Assembly: GCA_002633005.1 (NCBI GenBank)
Contig: NMRA01000301.1
Location: 62,001 to 126,000, forward strand
DNA: 64,000 nucleotides
Source: Phoronis australis
Lineage: Eukaryota > Animalia > Phoronida
Reading direction: 5' to 3'
Shown: in pieces, positions 1 to 12,568 of the stretch
Position numbering within the stretch: the stretch's first letter is position 1
How the letters are laid out: each line of letters begins with the position of its first letter
Translations under genes and position numbers: made by a program
Notes under the pieces: model-generated
Database searches by the model: none
Told to the model about the DNA's origin: nothing
What the model saw: only the letters and a program-made list of their open reading frames with translations

Positions 1-1700
1 TTGCTGTCTGCCGACTGTAGTTTAATTAATCTTTATCCTAGGAAAAACAAAACACCTAACATGGAGTTTGATAGGTTATCGAAAGTGGTTCTAAAAATGG
101 AGAAGAAAATATATCAGAGGCCAAACTACTCCCGGTCACCACTCCGGGGCCACAGCTTGGTTTGCTTGTAAGGAATTACCAGTGTATTTGTTGGGTTTGT
201 ACTCAACTAATTTTACCGAGAATTTGCTGATGGTATGGAACCGTACCACAAGAGTCTCGCTTGATAAACAACAATAAAAATAAAGATGAAGTAAAGAAAT
301 TTGGCTTGATTTTATTACTAAAACTATGGGCAGGCAGCCGGAAATTGCCAATGCGAACTCTTGCGACTATTCACACGGTCGCAAGCTCCATTACAGCATA
401 TTAGTCACTTGCGGGAGTTGGCATTCTAGGCTAGAGTTCTATGTTTAGAGGTTGTTGCAGCATCACAAGGGAATCTACTGTAATCGAGCATGTGCTACTG
501 TTAAGTTTGACGATGATGCTTTGAGTGAAGCAACCATGCAAAATTACGTGGATTTGGATTATTTTATTTGCCAAGCTGTCCAATTTCTCCATAAGTCATA
601 ACTCACTCGCGCAAAGTGGCTTGCACTCCTATATCTCGCAAAATAATGTAAAAGTTGCCGCATCACTCAAAGAATCTTCTACAAGCAACAATTTGCTTGA
701 TTTCTAACTAAGGAAGACCGAGGTGTCTAGGGTTGATTACAATGTTTGTTTATCAGCTCGAAGTTAGGTTCAAAATAAGACCAATTAGGACGTTAAATAT
801 CCGTGTCATTTTCGACCTTGACCTACGGTTCGTGAATTCTTCCTTATGCTGCACTATCAAGGGCAGGATGACGCCACGTGGAACTTTATAACCCCAAGCT
901 CAATGTCAGATCTCGCGCCCGACCCTCTCATAGCTTCGAATGCCACCTGCAATAAGTAGGCTTTTTGGAGAAGAGCCCAAAGTTAATACAACGTTTTCCA
1001 CTGTACTAGAAAGCCGCATTCTGCCGAGCTTAACTGTACCTTTACACAATCTACTTTCACAGATTGAAGTGATCAAGTCGCTGCTCATTGGCTTGGGCGA
1101 TTGTGTGTCGGATGAGATAATTACAGAAATAACTGACGGACCGAACGACTATCAAAGTCAAAAGAATAACAACAACGAAGGCAACCGAACAAAGTGACAG
1201 TTTTTAAAATTGAAAAGTTAAAATTGGCCGTCTTCGTATTCATCAACATGCAGCGCTCCGCACTGGCAAAAACCACCACACGAAAAAACTAGTGACGGTT
1301 TATGTGTATCTGTTATTTTCCCGGATTTGGAATCGTAGAAAGTGACTACTAAATAATAAATCCTGGCCTCAACTTAGTGCTCGAACGAGTAAGGTCGATA
1401 TTACTCTCCTATTTTTTCACCATTCCATTCGCAATTTCATAGTCAGAACGCTGGGCTTCAACCCGCTCGAATAATACGGGTATTTTCTAGCGTTTTTTGA
1501 CAAGTTACTGGACCCTGTTTACAATTAATCCAGCTGTGGTGTCTGCTACTGTGCACCTCATAGTACTCACTGTGTACAAAACATGACGTCACTCACTTAT
1601 GCACTTTCCCACTTGAGTTTCTAAGACAAAATGAGAAAGTTGTGTTACTATAGATACTCATCTGACTAGTACCGAAACACTTACTTGAATGCGTTCTTAC

Positions 1701-1955
1701 TCGAATGATGTCCTTTCGGTCCACGTATACACTGGCGGTCTTCCAGTGGTTCTCTTGCTCATCTTTTTTCGACCAAAGGGGTATCCCATGATTTCTTTTG
1801 AGTTTACGAGGCGAACTCTTAAGGACCCTATGTGGTAGGCCCAGGAAAGGCAGAATGGTTTTCCTGTTGCTGTGGCGGTGATGAATATAATAATAATTAT
1901 ATAAATAATAGCCAAAAATATCAATATGCGTCCAACCTCTGGGCCTATATAGCGC
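1701..1955 (-). CDS. Candidate internal exon encoding a transmembrane helix (gene unidentified)
   Basis: On the minus strand: acceptor cttgtcttatag|, donor ga|gtaaga, 255 nt, phase 2-2, open frame RYIGPEVGRILIFLAIIYIIIIIFITATATGKPF... No partner exons confirmed. Confidence 0.35.
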
Positions 1956-2136
1956 CTATAAGACAAGCGCTTTACATTTTATTTCTTTGTTTATGAGTTC
2001 CACCCCTTTAAGAAGTGATCATGCAACAGGACCGGAAGGGCTGTACAGGGGAGTGGGGGGCACATGCCCTCCAAAATTTGCAAAAAATTGTGAAATAGGC
2101 GAGGGACCGTGGGACAGTCGAGAAATGAAAGACATC

Positions 2137-2291
2137 GACGACATCAAGCTACGCCTTTAACTAGTTAGTGTACGGTGAGAAGAAGAGGATCCTGGTTTAA
2201 CTGTTACGAAGAAGGTGCGACGAGACGTCAGTCTTCATAGAAGCCTGACAACTATTGAGGCAGATAACATCACCGTAAGCACACACATCTA
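2137..2291 (+). repeat. ~155-bp direct repeat, copy A (5' flank of HERO-type element)
   Basis: gacgacatcaagc...gaagaagaggatcctggttt...catagaagcctgacaactattgaggcaga...atcta recurs at 5859-6013, roughly 85% identical by eye. Confidence 0.9.
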
Positions 2292-2294
2292 CAT

Positions 2295-5200
2295 TTCAAG
2301 ACTTCAAGGAAAGGCTGGATGGCAACTGGGGAAGACCAGTGACGCTGGAGAGACAGGTGACCCCAGGAAAGACTGGATTGGGTCAGGAAGTGCCAGAACC
2401 CCACCCTGCAGCTCCGGTTATAGGAGCACCCATTCTCACGCTACGTCAAATCACAATGAACCATACCCCCAGAGTCTCCCGAGAGGGTGGATGGGAGACT
2501 CACAACGGCGGGTAACACGGAAATGACTTTGCAACGACCAAGGACTTTGAAACAGTTGACACTCACAGGAGGCGTTGTGGAAGGAGCAGTATGCAGTTGT
2601 GGAAAGGTGTGCGAGAACATCCGTGGTTACATGTCCATTGATCAAAATCGCGGTGTGGTGATCAGGAGAATCAATACCAATGCGAAAGAACCCCTGTGGT
2701 GAGACGTTAGAGGTACCCAGACAGGATGAACCCCACAGAGCTGGTGGTCTCCAAGCCTATGAGCCTTCAGATAACGACCCTGTGTTCCTGGGAGAGGACA
2801 CGTCAGGGCAAGGCAGACCTCCACCACGCCCAAGAAGGAAGAGAGTGAAATGGCCAAAGATGGCGGAAGAAGCAGCATGGAAGTCTTTTGATGGGGATTT
2901 GCACAACATCATGAAGACAACTTTGATGGGCAGCGTAGAGGAGAAGATTGAGTGTTTCACCACAATCATTTACGACGTGGCTTTAGAGTGGTTTGGTGCA
3001 CAGGAAGAGCGTACAAGAGCACCACGGCAGGAAGTTCCGAGAGGCAACAGACGCGAACGGCGCATCAAGGACATACGAGCTGAACTAAGATCACTCTGGA
3101 GGCTCTAAGCAGAGCCCAGGAGCATGAGAAGGTCGAGCTGCAGTGGATTAGAGATGTCTTACAGTTTGAGCTCAGGCGCCTGCGGAATGCAGAGAGGTTA
3201 CGTCCAACCAAGAAACAAAGAGCTAAGCGAAGGTGTCAGTTTGTCAAGGACACCTGCAGATTTACAAAGACCTTACTGGGGGAAGAGAGATCAGACGAGT
3301 TGCAGTCAAGCAAGGAGAAGATAAAGTAACATCTTAACGCATCTCATGGAGACGGCAGACGAGATGTACCCCTCTCGGAGTGTCTTCGAGAGTGGAGGCT
3401 GTGAATAGGCCAGAGAGTGAACTAGATATAAAAGAACCTACGTGGAAGGAACTGCTGCAGGTGGTGAAGAAAGCTCGATCGGGTTCAGCCCTAGGTCCAA
3501 GTGGGATCCCGTACAAGGCCTACAAGAAGTGTCACTTGCTGCTAAGGAGGCTGTGGCTTATTCAAAGAACAGTATGGAGAAAGGGCAAGATATCAACTGG
3601 TTGGAAGGATGCAGAGGGGTGCTTTGTGCCCAAGAAGAAGGATTATGCTGTGATTGACCATTTTAGAACAATATCACTGCTGAGTGTAGAAGGCAATATG
3701 TCGTTTAGGATCCTTGCTAGGAGGATGACCTCCTATCTCTTAGATAACAAATATATAGACACAGCGGTCAAGAAGGGAAGAATTTCTGGTTTCTCAGGCT
3801 GTGTTGAAAATACGAGTGTCTTGAGCCAGCTGATTAGGGTGGCCAAGTCGAAGAGGAAAGCCTTGACGTATGTGTGGCTGGACTAAGCCAATGCCTATGT
3901 TTCCATACCCCACCAGCTGATCAACATAGCTTTAGAGTACTATCACCTTTCGGAGTATACCAGTCGCATTTTAACAGATTTATTTTCGAGGAATCCAGTT
4001 TAGTTTTACTGCAGGTGACATCACCACAGACTGGATCAAGCTGGAAAGAGGAATAATACCTGGATGTACCATCTCTCCTATTCATAATGGGGATGATTTT
4101 TCTGATCGAGCCCGTGAAAGGGAATGTAGGTGTCCGAGGCTACAGTCCGGTATTGTGTTGCCTGTAACTAGAGCATTTATGGACGACTTTAAATAACTAC
4201 GGTGACGCATGTACAAGCTCGGTAGGTTTTGGCAGCACAAGATGACGTTACAGCGTGGGCTCGTATGAAGTTTAAACCCAGGAAGTCAACACTTCTGATG
4301 ATGAGAGGTGGGAAACTGGTCAACAGATTTACCTTCAAGGCGAAGAAATTCCATAAATTATTAACAACCCCATCAAGTGCCTAGGCAAATGGCACGATGA
4401 TCTCCTGTGCGACAGGAACAACATCAAGCAGATGGAGACCCAGGTGACAGAGTGGTTGAGGAGAATAGAGAAAAGCGGTCTTCCTAGCAAGTACAAGGCG
4501 TGGATTTACCACCACGGGCAGTTACCTTGTGCAACTAGGTGTCTTATGCTGTATGGCATCCCGATATCTGCAGTAGAATGCCTTGAGAGAACTGTAAGTA
4601 AGTGGCTGAGGAAGTGATTAGGAATCCCACAAAGCTTGGTTGGTCTTTATAGCGGAACGGCACAGCTTCGGCTGCCTCTAGCGTCAATCAAGGAGGAGTT
4701 TAATGTTGGAAAGTTCTCACTCCAAAGGCGAGGAATGCATGTGTCATGACGAGATCAGGGAGACGGTGGTCAGCAGACAAATCTGTGAGTCAGGCGGCGA
4801 GTTTTTTACAGATCAGAGATATAATTAGTATCACCTACGTCGGACGTCAGGTGTTGGGGACATCCCAGTTCCAACAGTGGGAGAAGGCGAGTGAGAGGCA
4901 GCGAAGGGAGATGGTCCAAGAGGAGGTGAGAGCAGCAGAGGAAGAAGCCCGTAAAGCCAAGGCAGTTCAACTGAGCCAGCAGGGAGCATGGACCAGGTGT
5001 AATCTTTCAGAGAGCAAGATATCGTGGGAAAACGTGTGGAGGAGGGAGCCTATGCGTGTTAAGTTTTTACTCCACTCGGCTAACGACGTGTCACCATCGC
5101 CTGAAAACATTCTTCGCTGGGGCCTAGTGGATGACCCAGCCTTCCAGTGTGTAGGAAGAGGTACATTGTCCCACATCTTATCAGGGCGCAGGATGGCACT

Positions 5201-6013
5201 TCAGCAGGGCCGATACAGATGGCGTCACTATCAAGTATTGAAGACCTTTTCAGACATCATAGATGGCAACTCAGCCTAGGGCGAGCAGCCAGCACATACA
5301 ATTCTTCAGAGCAAGTGAGATGCGGAAGAAGTCACGTCAGCAGTCTTGTATCCTGGATGGAGTAAGCTGTGAAATGCGACTAGATCAGGGAAAGAAGCTT
5401 GTGTTCGCAAGTTTTGTGGAAACATTACTGCCACCTGACATCATCCTGTTGTCGGATATTCATCAATGTATAGTGATTATAGAGCTTACGGTGCCTTGGG
5501 AGGAAGTACGCAAAGAGGCCCAAGAGAGTTATCTAAGTATAGCGAGCTGGCGGAGACATGCAGAGCTCGAGGCTGGCGGACTTGGTTATTTCATGTAGAG
5601 GTGGGATATAGAGGATTCCCTGCAAAATCTGTATGATGGTTGCTGGAAAAGCTCGGTGTGCGAAGGGTAAGGAAGAAAGCTGCAGTGAGAGGACTGGGCG
5701 AGAGAGCTGAGAGGACATCTTGTTGGTTGTGATACCGTCGGAATGAAGGAAGTTGGAGGCCTCAGTGATGCACAGTGGGTTGGCCGCCACTGTGGACCCA
5801 GCAGTGGAGACCGTCATTGTTTAGGGTCGAAACGAGTCAAGGAATCTGGATGCCATATGACGACATCAAGCCACGCCTTCAGCTAATTAGTGCACGGCGG
5901 GAAGAAGAGGATCCTGGTTTACCTGTTGCGAAGAATGGGCGACGAGACGTCAGAATGCATAGAAGCCTGACAACTATTGAGGCAGAGAGCATCACTGTCA
6001 GTACACGGATCTA
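2295..6013 (+). mobile_element. Degenerate near-full-length RLE-type non-LTR retrotransposon (R2 group, HERO-like)
   Basis: N-terminal YPQSLPRG and zinc finger CSCGKVCENIRG; RVKWPK; RT motifs SALGPSGIPYKAYK, FRTISLLSVEG, WLD*ANAY.SIPH and AFMDD (~4174); C-terminal GTLSHILSG..ALQQGRYRWRH; restriction-like endonuclease PDIIL...IIELTVPWEE. Many stops and frameshifts. Confidence 0.9.
5859..6013 (+). repeat. ~155-bp direct repeat, copy B (3' end of HERO-type element)
   Basis: Colinear match to 2137-2291. Confidence 0.9.
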
Positions 6014-9000
6014 TCGGCAATTTCACAGTATGGGTGTAATAAGCATTTCCCATATTGGCGTATGGTTTGCTGCTGGGAATATATATAATTCATTCTGGGT
6101 ACTTGTGAACTTTAGGTTACTAAGATCAATGATTCCACCCTAAAAATTGCAGCTGCCACGTGTTATTGAACAAGAAGTACCTCCACGATAGATAAAAGCA
6201 TCATTTAATCTTTCATTTCACAATGTCAATTGTTGGTGGTGTAGCTCATGCTGTTCTGTGTTTTCACTGTCATTGGTTAAACCGGTAGTAAGTCTTGATA
6301 TAGGTCACTCACCTTTATGAAATCGAGGTTGTCTTATTCCTTAGGCAACTCGGAAGTAAAATTTCGGATAAATGGAAACTCTTTATTTCTTCAGACCACG
6401 CTCGCTAAAGACCTCGGCTTGATCTAAAAGTACACTGTATAGCGCACTATCAGTGCTTTGAAAAAAAAACAAGATTCTAACATTTTGCGACTAAGAAACA
6501 ATTGCAATCTAAGTTCACCACGTAATGGTTTATGTTTTTGACAGCAAAGCTGGGCTTAATACCACTTTTAATCGATTCAACTGATGGACGAACTTGTCTG
6601 GCTTTGTAGTTAGTTTTCAAACTCCTCTCTTGCTTTGAGTTTCGATGTATTTAATATCTGCAGGGTTCGTGCAGCACTTTCCCAGCCAATGCAGGTTCAA
6701 ACCGTACTTGACCATTCTGCTACAGGGCTCGTATTTCATAACTATATTTCTGTTTGTTCATTCCTTAGAGTGTTCAGTGCTCTAACTTCATTGAAGCACA
6801 AATTCTGCTATGCATTTGTATTTGTATGTCTATGATATATGTATCTACATCTCAGTGTGATGTGTTATATGCAGTGCCTAGACCATCGCTAATGGGCTGG
6901 TAATGTATAATCATGTTACACTTGACCATGTGAAAACAAATGTTTTGTTTCATTTCGCATTGAAATATTGTTTGTTCTAGGAGGGTGTCAATAGATCAGA
7001 CACTGTGTGTGAGTTTCTTAAAGTGAGCAGCTCAATTGGCATCCTGATGATTTGCAAGTTACAGGCGAGCAAAATACAAACTTATATAAAATGTACTTGG
7101 TTAAATAATTATTTTTTTCGTAGTTGAACTAAAGCACATGCTTCGTGCAATAAATTTTATGAAAACTATTTCAAATATAATGTTCAAATTTTGTGAGCGA
7201 GATTTCATTAACAATGTTCATTCTATTCAAGTGAGCTTTGGAGAAAATTTATTATTCGGCGAGTAGCACGGTTTAGGCTGTTGTGCGCACCATCACCCAA
7301 TTCCGAATATTCTCGGCAAACTATACACTAAAGAGGAGCCACATTAGGTTATTATCTTAACCAATCTGCTTTCATACCAAGTATATATATTATAAAAAAT
7401 GATCGCATGACGTATTAGCAGAAGCCGGAAGTATAATCAGCCGGCCAAAACTTGAAAGGCCTTCTAAATAAAGTTTTTAAGGCTGTCGTGTTAGAAGAAA
7501 ACAATATGTGCCACAATCACCATAAACGTTGAGTGATCACTGCTTGAAGGGATAGCCAAGCTCAAAATTTAGATTTAAAATAGTTATTGACATACAAGTT
7601 GGGATGATAGTTTTTAAGTTTGTTTCAAGATAATGACATAACTAAATAGATCGTTGAGTAAGCATTAGTTATTGCTAGTTTGCAATATAGCTATACTATA
7701 GCTATATGAAAATTAGCGCCACCGTGGAGCATATTTTAAGAACGGCTTTGATAAACGAAGAGCACACTCGATAATGCAACGACCCAGAATAAGTATATGT
7801 TTATAAGCTTGCAATCGACTTTAATGCCACAGTATTTCTTCGGATGTAAGACCAGTCGATAGCTGTTTTGAGTTTTCTGCCAATGAGCCACGATATGTAC
7901 TCTCCCATTTATTGAATTATTGCATAGGTTAAATTAGATTGAATAGGTCGAAAAAACTTCTTTCTAAGGAAAATCAAAGTTGGATGGCCTTCATTTTTAA
8001 TGTAAGCGTTACAGATGGGGTTTCATGAAATGCACTGGCGCGTTTGAAGTTATTCAATCTTATGTGTATGACAGACAACATAGCTTAACTCAGCAGAACT
8101 ATTCGATGGGCTTGCTGTTCTTACAAAATTTTCCATTTCAATCCAGTACGTTGGAGAAACGTATTCTGCTTACAATAGATTCATATGTAACCTTTCCTTA
8201 ACCTGAAAGTGAAATTATTCCCAATAACAACACAATCAACAATTCCCGACAAACAAAGCACTAAAATCAAATAACAATATTCGTATGAATATTATCAATT
8301 TAACAATTTTTATACCTGTTTGAGAACCATGGGAGTGGGGTTTCTAAATAGCAGTAGGCATTATGAAATTTTGAAAAATTGAAAAGGACTTTTTATTCCC
8401 AATTGTTCGACAATCTTATCTGAACATTAAAAAATTTGAACCTGAGCTATAGTACTATCTGTACATGTTTTAAAAATGTCTATTTCCCTACTAGCTAAAA
8501 TGTATATGCCAAGAAATTTTGTTACAGAAAACTTTGTTTGCAACAAATTACGATCGTCTCTCTGTACAAAACTCTTGGAAAGAATGCATTTTACGTCAAG
8601 TTCGCCTAAAATGAACAGGGTGCTTCTACGCACACAAAAATGTGAGCAACATAGTAATAACCATCGGCCTTGCAATGAAAGCTTGTAATGAATAGGCGTT
8701 TCCGCTGTCATGGTAACTCGTTCTCGGATTTGTGAAGTTATGCTTCAACTACTTGTTGTTATGACTCACATGTCATAACGCCAATCAGAAATACTGTACT
8801 TGATGTATTGATTCCACTTGGTTGTATGTGTTTTATGCAGCTTTTATGTTGTTGAATGTTATTTGCAGTAATTACCACAGCAACTTTTTTGATTTTTCAA
8901 AATAGTGCTGCTTGACCTGATGTACCAGTGCTTGGTAACAGTTATCAAATTATGTAAATCTATGCTTTAGACATACGCAGCTATTTCCGTCTTTGTGTTG

Positions 9001-9590
9001 CTGTCTTCACAAACTTGTTTGGATCTTTAAAAGTGTCCTACTGGTCATGCTATATATTTGTTAGGAAACCAGTGTTTGGTATAGGCCGATTATAACCTTT
9101 AGAAATTCGCTGGTATCTGACTCTGCAATTTCCTATAACGTTGTAATTCCAAAATACCTGGTTACGAAGTCAACTGCCTTAACTTTTACTGACCGTGGTA
9201 ACGTCGCATAGTTCAGCTTGGCAATCCCAGTCTGTATCAAGGGAGGGTCACTTTGTATACTTGAACAAGGTTGCCTGTTTCTAGCATGACTTTGCCCTCA
9301 GTATTAACATTGCTGATATTGGCTAGCTGGCTATACAGGTATGGCAACCACTAATAGCCCAATTCAGCAATGCCACTCTGCTGAGATATAGGTACAATCT
9401 TTCTTACAATCTCAATGTGAACACGTTGGTCACTGAGCTGATTATTATCAAAAAGGCAGCTGTCTACACTCTACTAGGCCTACAGCTGGATCGGGTAGTG
9501 GTGAAACCACCTGAAACAGTAGTGTTACCCCAGTCCGTTGCGAACAATCGCTTTTTTGTAGTTCATGGAAACTGACACAGAACTGTTGCT

Positions 9591-9730
9591 AACTCTATCG
9601 ATAGACTAACTCTACCGATAGACTAATTAACTCTATCGATAGACTTACTATCTCTATCAATAGACTTAATAAGGCTATGGATAAACTTTCTATCTGTATC
9701 GATATACTTACTATCTCTATCGATAGACTT
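9591..9730. repeat. Minisatellite, ~7 units of 17-21 bp with palindromic core CTATCGATAG
   Basis: Repeated (a)ctctatcgatagact(t) variants are directly visible. Confidence 0.85.
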
Positions 9731-10462
9731 CGGCCCCGCCCATGCTTAACTACCGAACTGCATATTTCAAGATATTTTGGCAAGTAGAAAATAGGGATTG
9801 TCACAATTCGGATACATTTTACTTTGTGCACAGTCCATGAATTGTGAGGATATCTGTGTTAGAAAACAAATAAAAGGCAACCTCGTGCGGTCGCGCAAAC
9901 AAAATATTTTTCTTTTAGCGACAAAATAGCAAGACTACGGTTGTAAGATAGTAATAGTTTTGTTCTTACAAAATCCCACCCCAGTCTTTACAAACAAGCG
10001 GTCGAAAATTCTTTGTCATCATTATTTAATGTTATAATATTAATATGACGTTTTTTTCGGGCGAATGTCGGAGTTACAATCATAGTTTAACTGGGGTAAA
10101 CGCACACTCTGCCCATCCCCATGCGTAGGTAGGTCAACGCTGATGTAAAGGCGGTTGATCCGTGAATGGCAGTGTATCCACAGGTGTTGGTATATTCACA
10201 CAGAGAGAATATCTTCTACTGTGCGTGCAGTGTGTCCCCTGCAGGCCTTTGAGGACGGCGCCCGAAAAGGCCTCAGACCAAGAGGACATCGTACATCTAA
10301 GTATTGGTCCGAAATCTGTAGAATTTGTCTCTTTACCTTGGACAAGTCATACCCGACGGACACGGACAGCCGACTTCATGAGGGTGGTTTAAAGTTAAAC
10401 CTGCTTTATATTGGACTTAGGCCAGGTATTAAGATAAGCTGCATTTCATAAAGGTGGTTTAA

Positions 10463-12136
10463 ATGAGCATGCCACCCAAGAAACAACCTAATTTGTATCA
10501 ATTTAGATTGAGTAGTTCTACTCCATAACGACGCGTACGGTTGGGTTACCTGACACCTGACGGCAGACGGAGGTGTTAAAATTATCCAATGACGTCATCG
10601 GTTTCACACGCAGTCTGTTCAGTAGTTCACAACACGGGTTACTGGTGTCAGCTTATCGCTCGAAGTCATCGTTTAACACCAATAAATCATCAAACTTCGA
10701 TGTAAAACCCTTGAAAATACACAGAGTTTTTATAAAAAACGTGTTGTTTTATTTCGCTCTTACGGATTTATTGGTATTTGGACACACCGTAGCCTAGAAA
10801 GTTCGGCAGGCCAATAAGGTCCGTAGCAGGAGTTTGGGGTCAGTCCGAAGATAATTTCGAAGTATATTCCGTGAGATACAGAGAGGAGAACCTAGATCTG
10901 TGTTCTTTAGAATTGAGATTTTTTGAGTTCTAAACACAAAACGCTTGTTACAGTGGGTCGGAGCCCGATCAGGCCCGTCGCAACCGGCCGGAGTTGACTC
11001 CGCCGTTATCCCGGCCAGTGGCTCGAAAACTGATCAGACATCACGAACATAAACCAGCCAAAGTTCAGTGGAAACTAAATTTCAGTCAAGAAAATATTAT
11101 ACTAGTGAGCCAAAGTAATGTGCACGTGATTATGTTGGTGAATTAGCCACGAAACTGCAAATCTACTTACTCGTCGGGGCCGCGAATTCAGGTTCCGCTT
11201 TGGCCACAGCACCGTCAAGGCAGAAGTTGTACATTGACAATAATTATTTGAGTAATGTAAATGTAAATAAAGATTCCCCTAACACCTGGCCGTGGGATGG
11301 ACATCGAGTTGTTTCACAACAGTTTCTGCCAGCCAACACTAAATTAGCATGGCATGAGCTCAAACGGCCTCGGTGTCCTGTCAATTAGTTTTGTTGCACC
11401 TAAAGCCGGTAACGCGGTGATTTATTCATTGCTGGCTTCTCAAATCATTTGCACTCAAGAACACTCCAAAGGCATTACAAATTACATCTAATGAGACAGA
11501 CTTTGCTTCAGTTTTATATTGGTTAGGGTGAGAATAATTCATTTTGGAACAGAACGCTCAGTAATAAACGCCAACACGGCAACTTGCAATCCCGACTTAG
11601 GACGAGCTAGAGCTCATCAGTCCCGACTTCGCCGGTGGATCGTTAAGTTTTGCAGGCAATCAATTCGAACACGAATACAGTGATGAAGAAATACTAGAGA
11701 GGCGCCGTGAACAAGCCCAAACAACGGAACATATGGAGTTATATGGTAAGCCACCATTCGTCAGGCACTGTCGACGTCTGCAGGCCAAAGACACGGAGAT
11801 ATTTCACGGCCTCACACTTGCTATTTACAGCGTACACTCAAATCTTTACTACCATGAGCCACTTCCTAAGCATTTAGGACTCTCAAGGAAGTAAAAAAGA
11901 CGACACACCCGCTTTCCTCGCAGCTGCTTAGTTCGGACAAGCGGGAACGATGCACCGCAACATAGCGGCATTCACTCTGCATATGAACCACTGACGTCGC
12001 TAGCGTCGTTTCTCACCTTCTTCACAGGCTAACGCGACATCTCTTGGCAAGGTAAGGACGACCGTATGCGAGGCGATGTGGGTATAGATCGATTAAGACG
12101 GCAAAAAAGACTAATTCAATCGGGTGACATTCTCCT
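10463..12136. mobile_element. Kolobok-like internally deleted DNA transposon, copy 1 (both ends present)
   Basis: TTAA at 10459-10462 and 12137-12140; TIRs atgagcatgccaccc / aggagaatgtcaccc (12/15). THAP remnant MLRCIVPACPN*...GVSSFLLP...MLRKWL on - from 11963; FEHEYSDEEILERRR remnant on +. Inverted copy at 23071-24690. Confidence 0.75.
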
Positions 12137-12421
12137 TTAACGTTTAGACCAGTGGTCTACTAAAACCTGGTTTAACTCAAGTTTAGACCTGGTCTAAGTC
12201 AGTTTTCATTTCACCAACGAGGTCCATATTCTTTAGACCTGTATTAGGATCTTGAACCAGGTTTAACTCAACACTTGGTCAGACCCAGGTTTAATACTGT
12301 TAAGTATGTCAGGCTTGCACGTTATAGGCGAATGATGCTGCGGTGTGCATTTACCACGTATTTTTAGAGCGAGAATGGACTATTTTCAATGTTCAGTTTT
12401 ACAACGACACAAGGTTAAACC

Positions 12422-12568
12422 TAGGGGGGCTGGTCCAGGATTTTTAAAGGGGGGGTCGGATCAAAGATTTTTCAAAGAGGGGACCAAGTCAAAAATTTGA
12501 AAATTATAGATTTCATATCACTTAAATCAAGGGGAAAGGGAGATCCGGACCCTCTTGGATCCGCTTAT
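12422..12568. mobile_element. Small G/C-run MITE (GGCGGATCCAGG-type ends), degenerate
   Basis: ggggggctggtccaggattttt ... cttggatccgctta; same style as 19096-19241 and 54460-54561. Confidence 0.5.

Noticed and set aside
42-1197. Possible plus-strand exons (42-167; ORF 940-1197)
   Set aside because: Splice-like sites exist, but the joined frames hit stops and no product is recognisable.
5820-5875. Hammerhead-like GAAAC...TGACGA in the HERO 3' UTR
   Set aside because: The required stems do not pair and the core is incomplete.
8480-9510. Coding-like minus-strand stretch after a tttcag acceptor
   Set aside because: Stops in all frames and no recognisable family; possibly a pseudogene, but unsupported without BLASTx.
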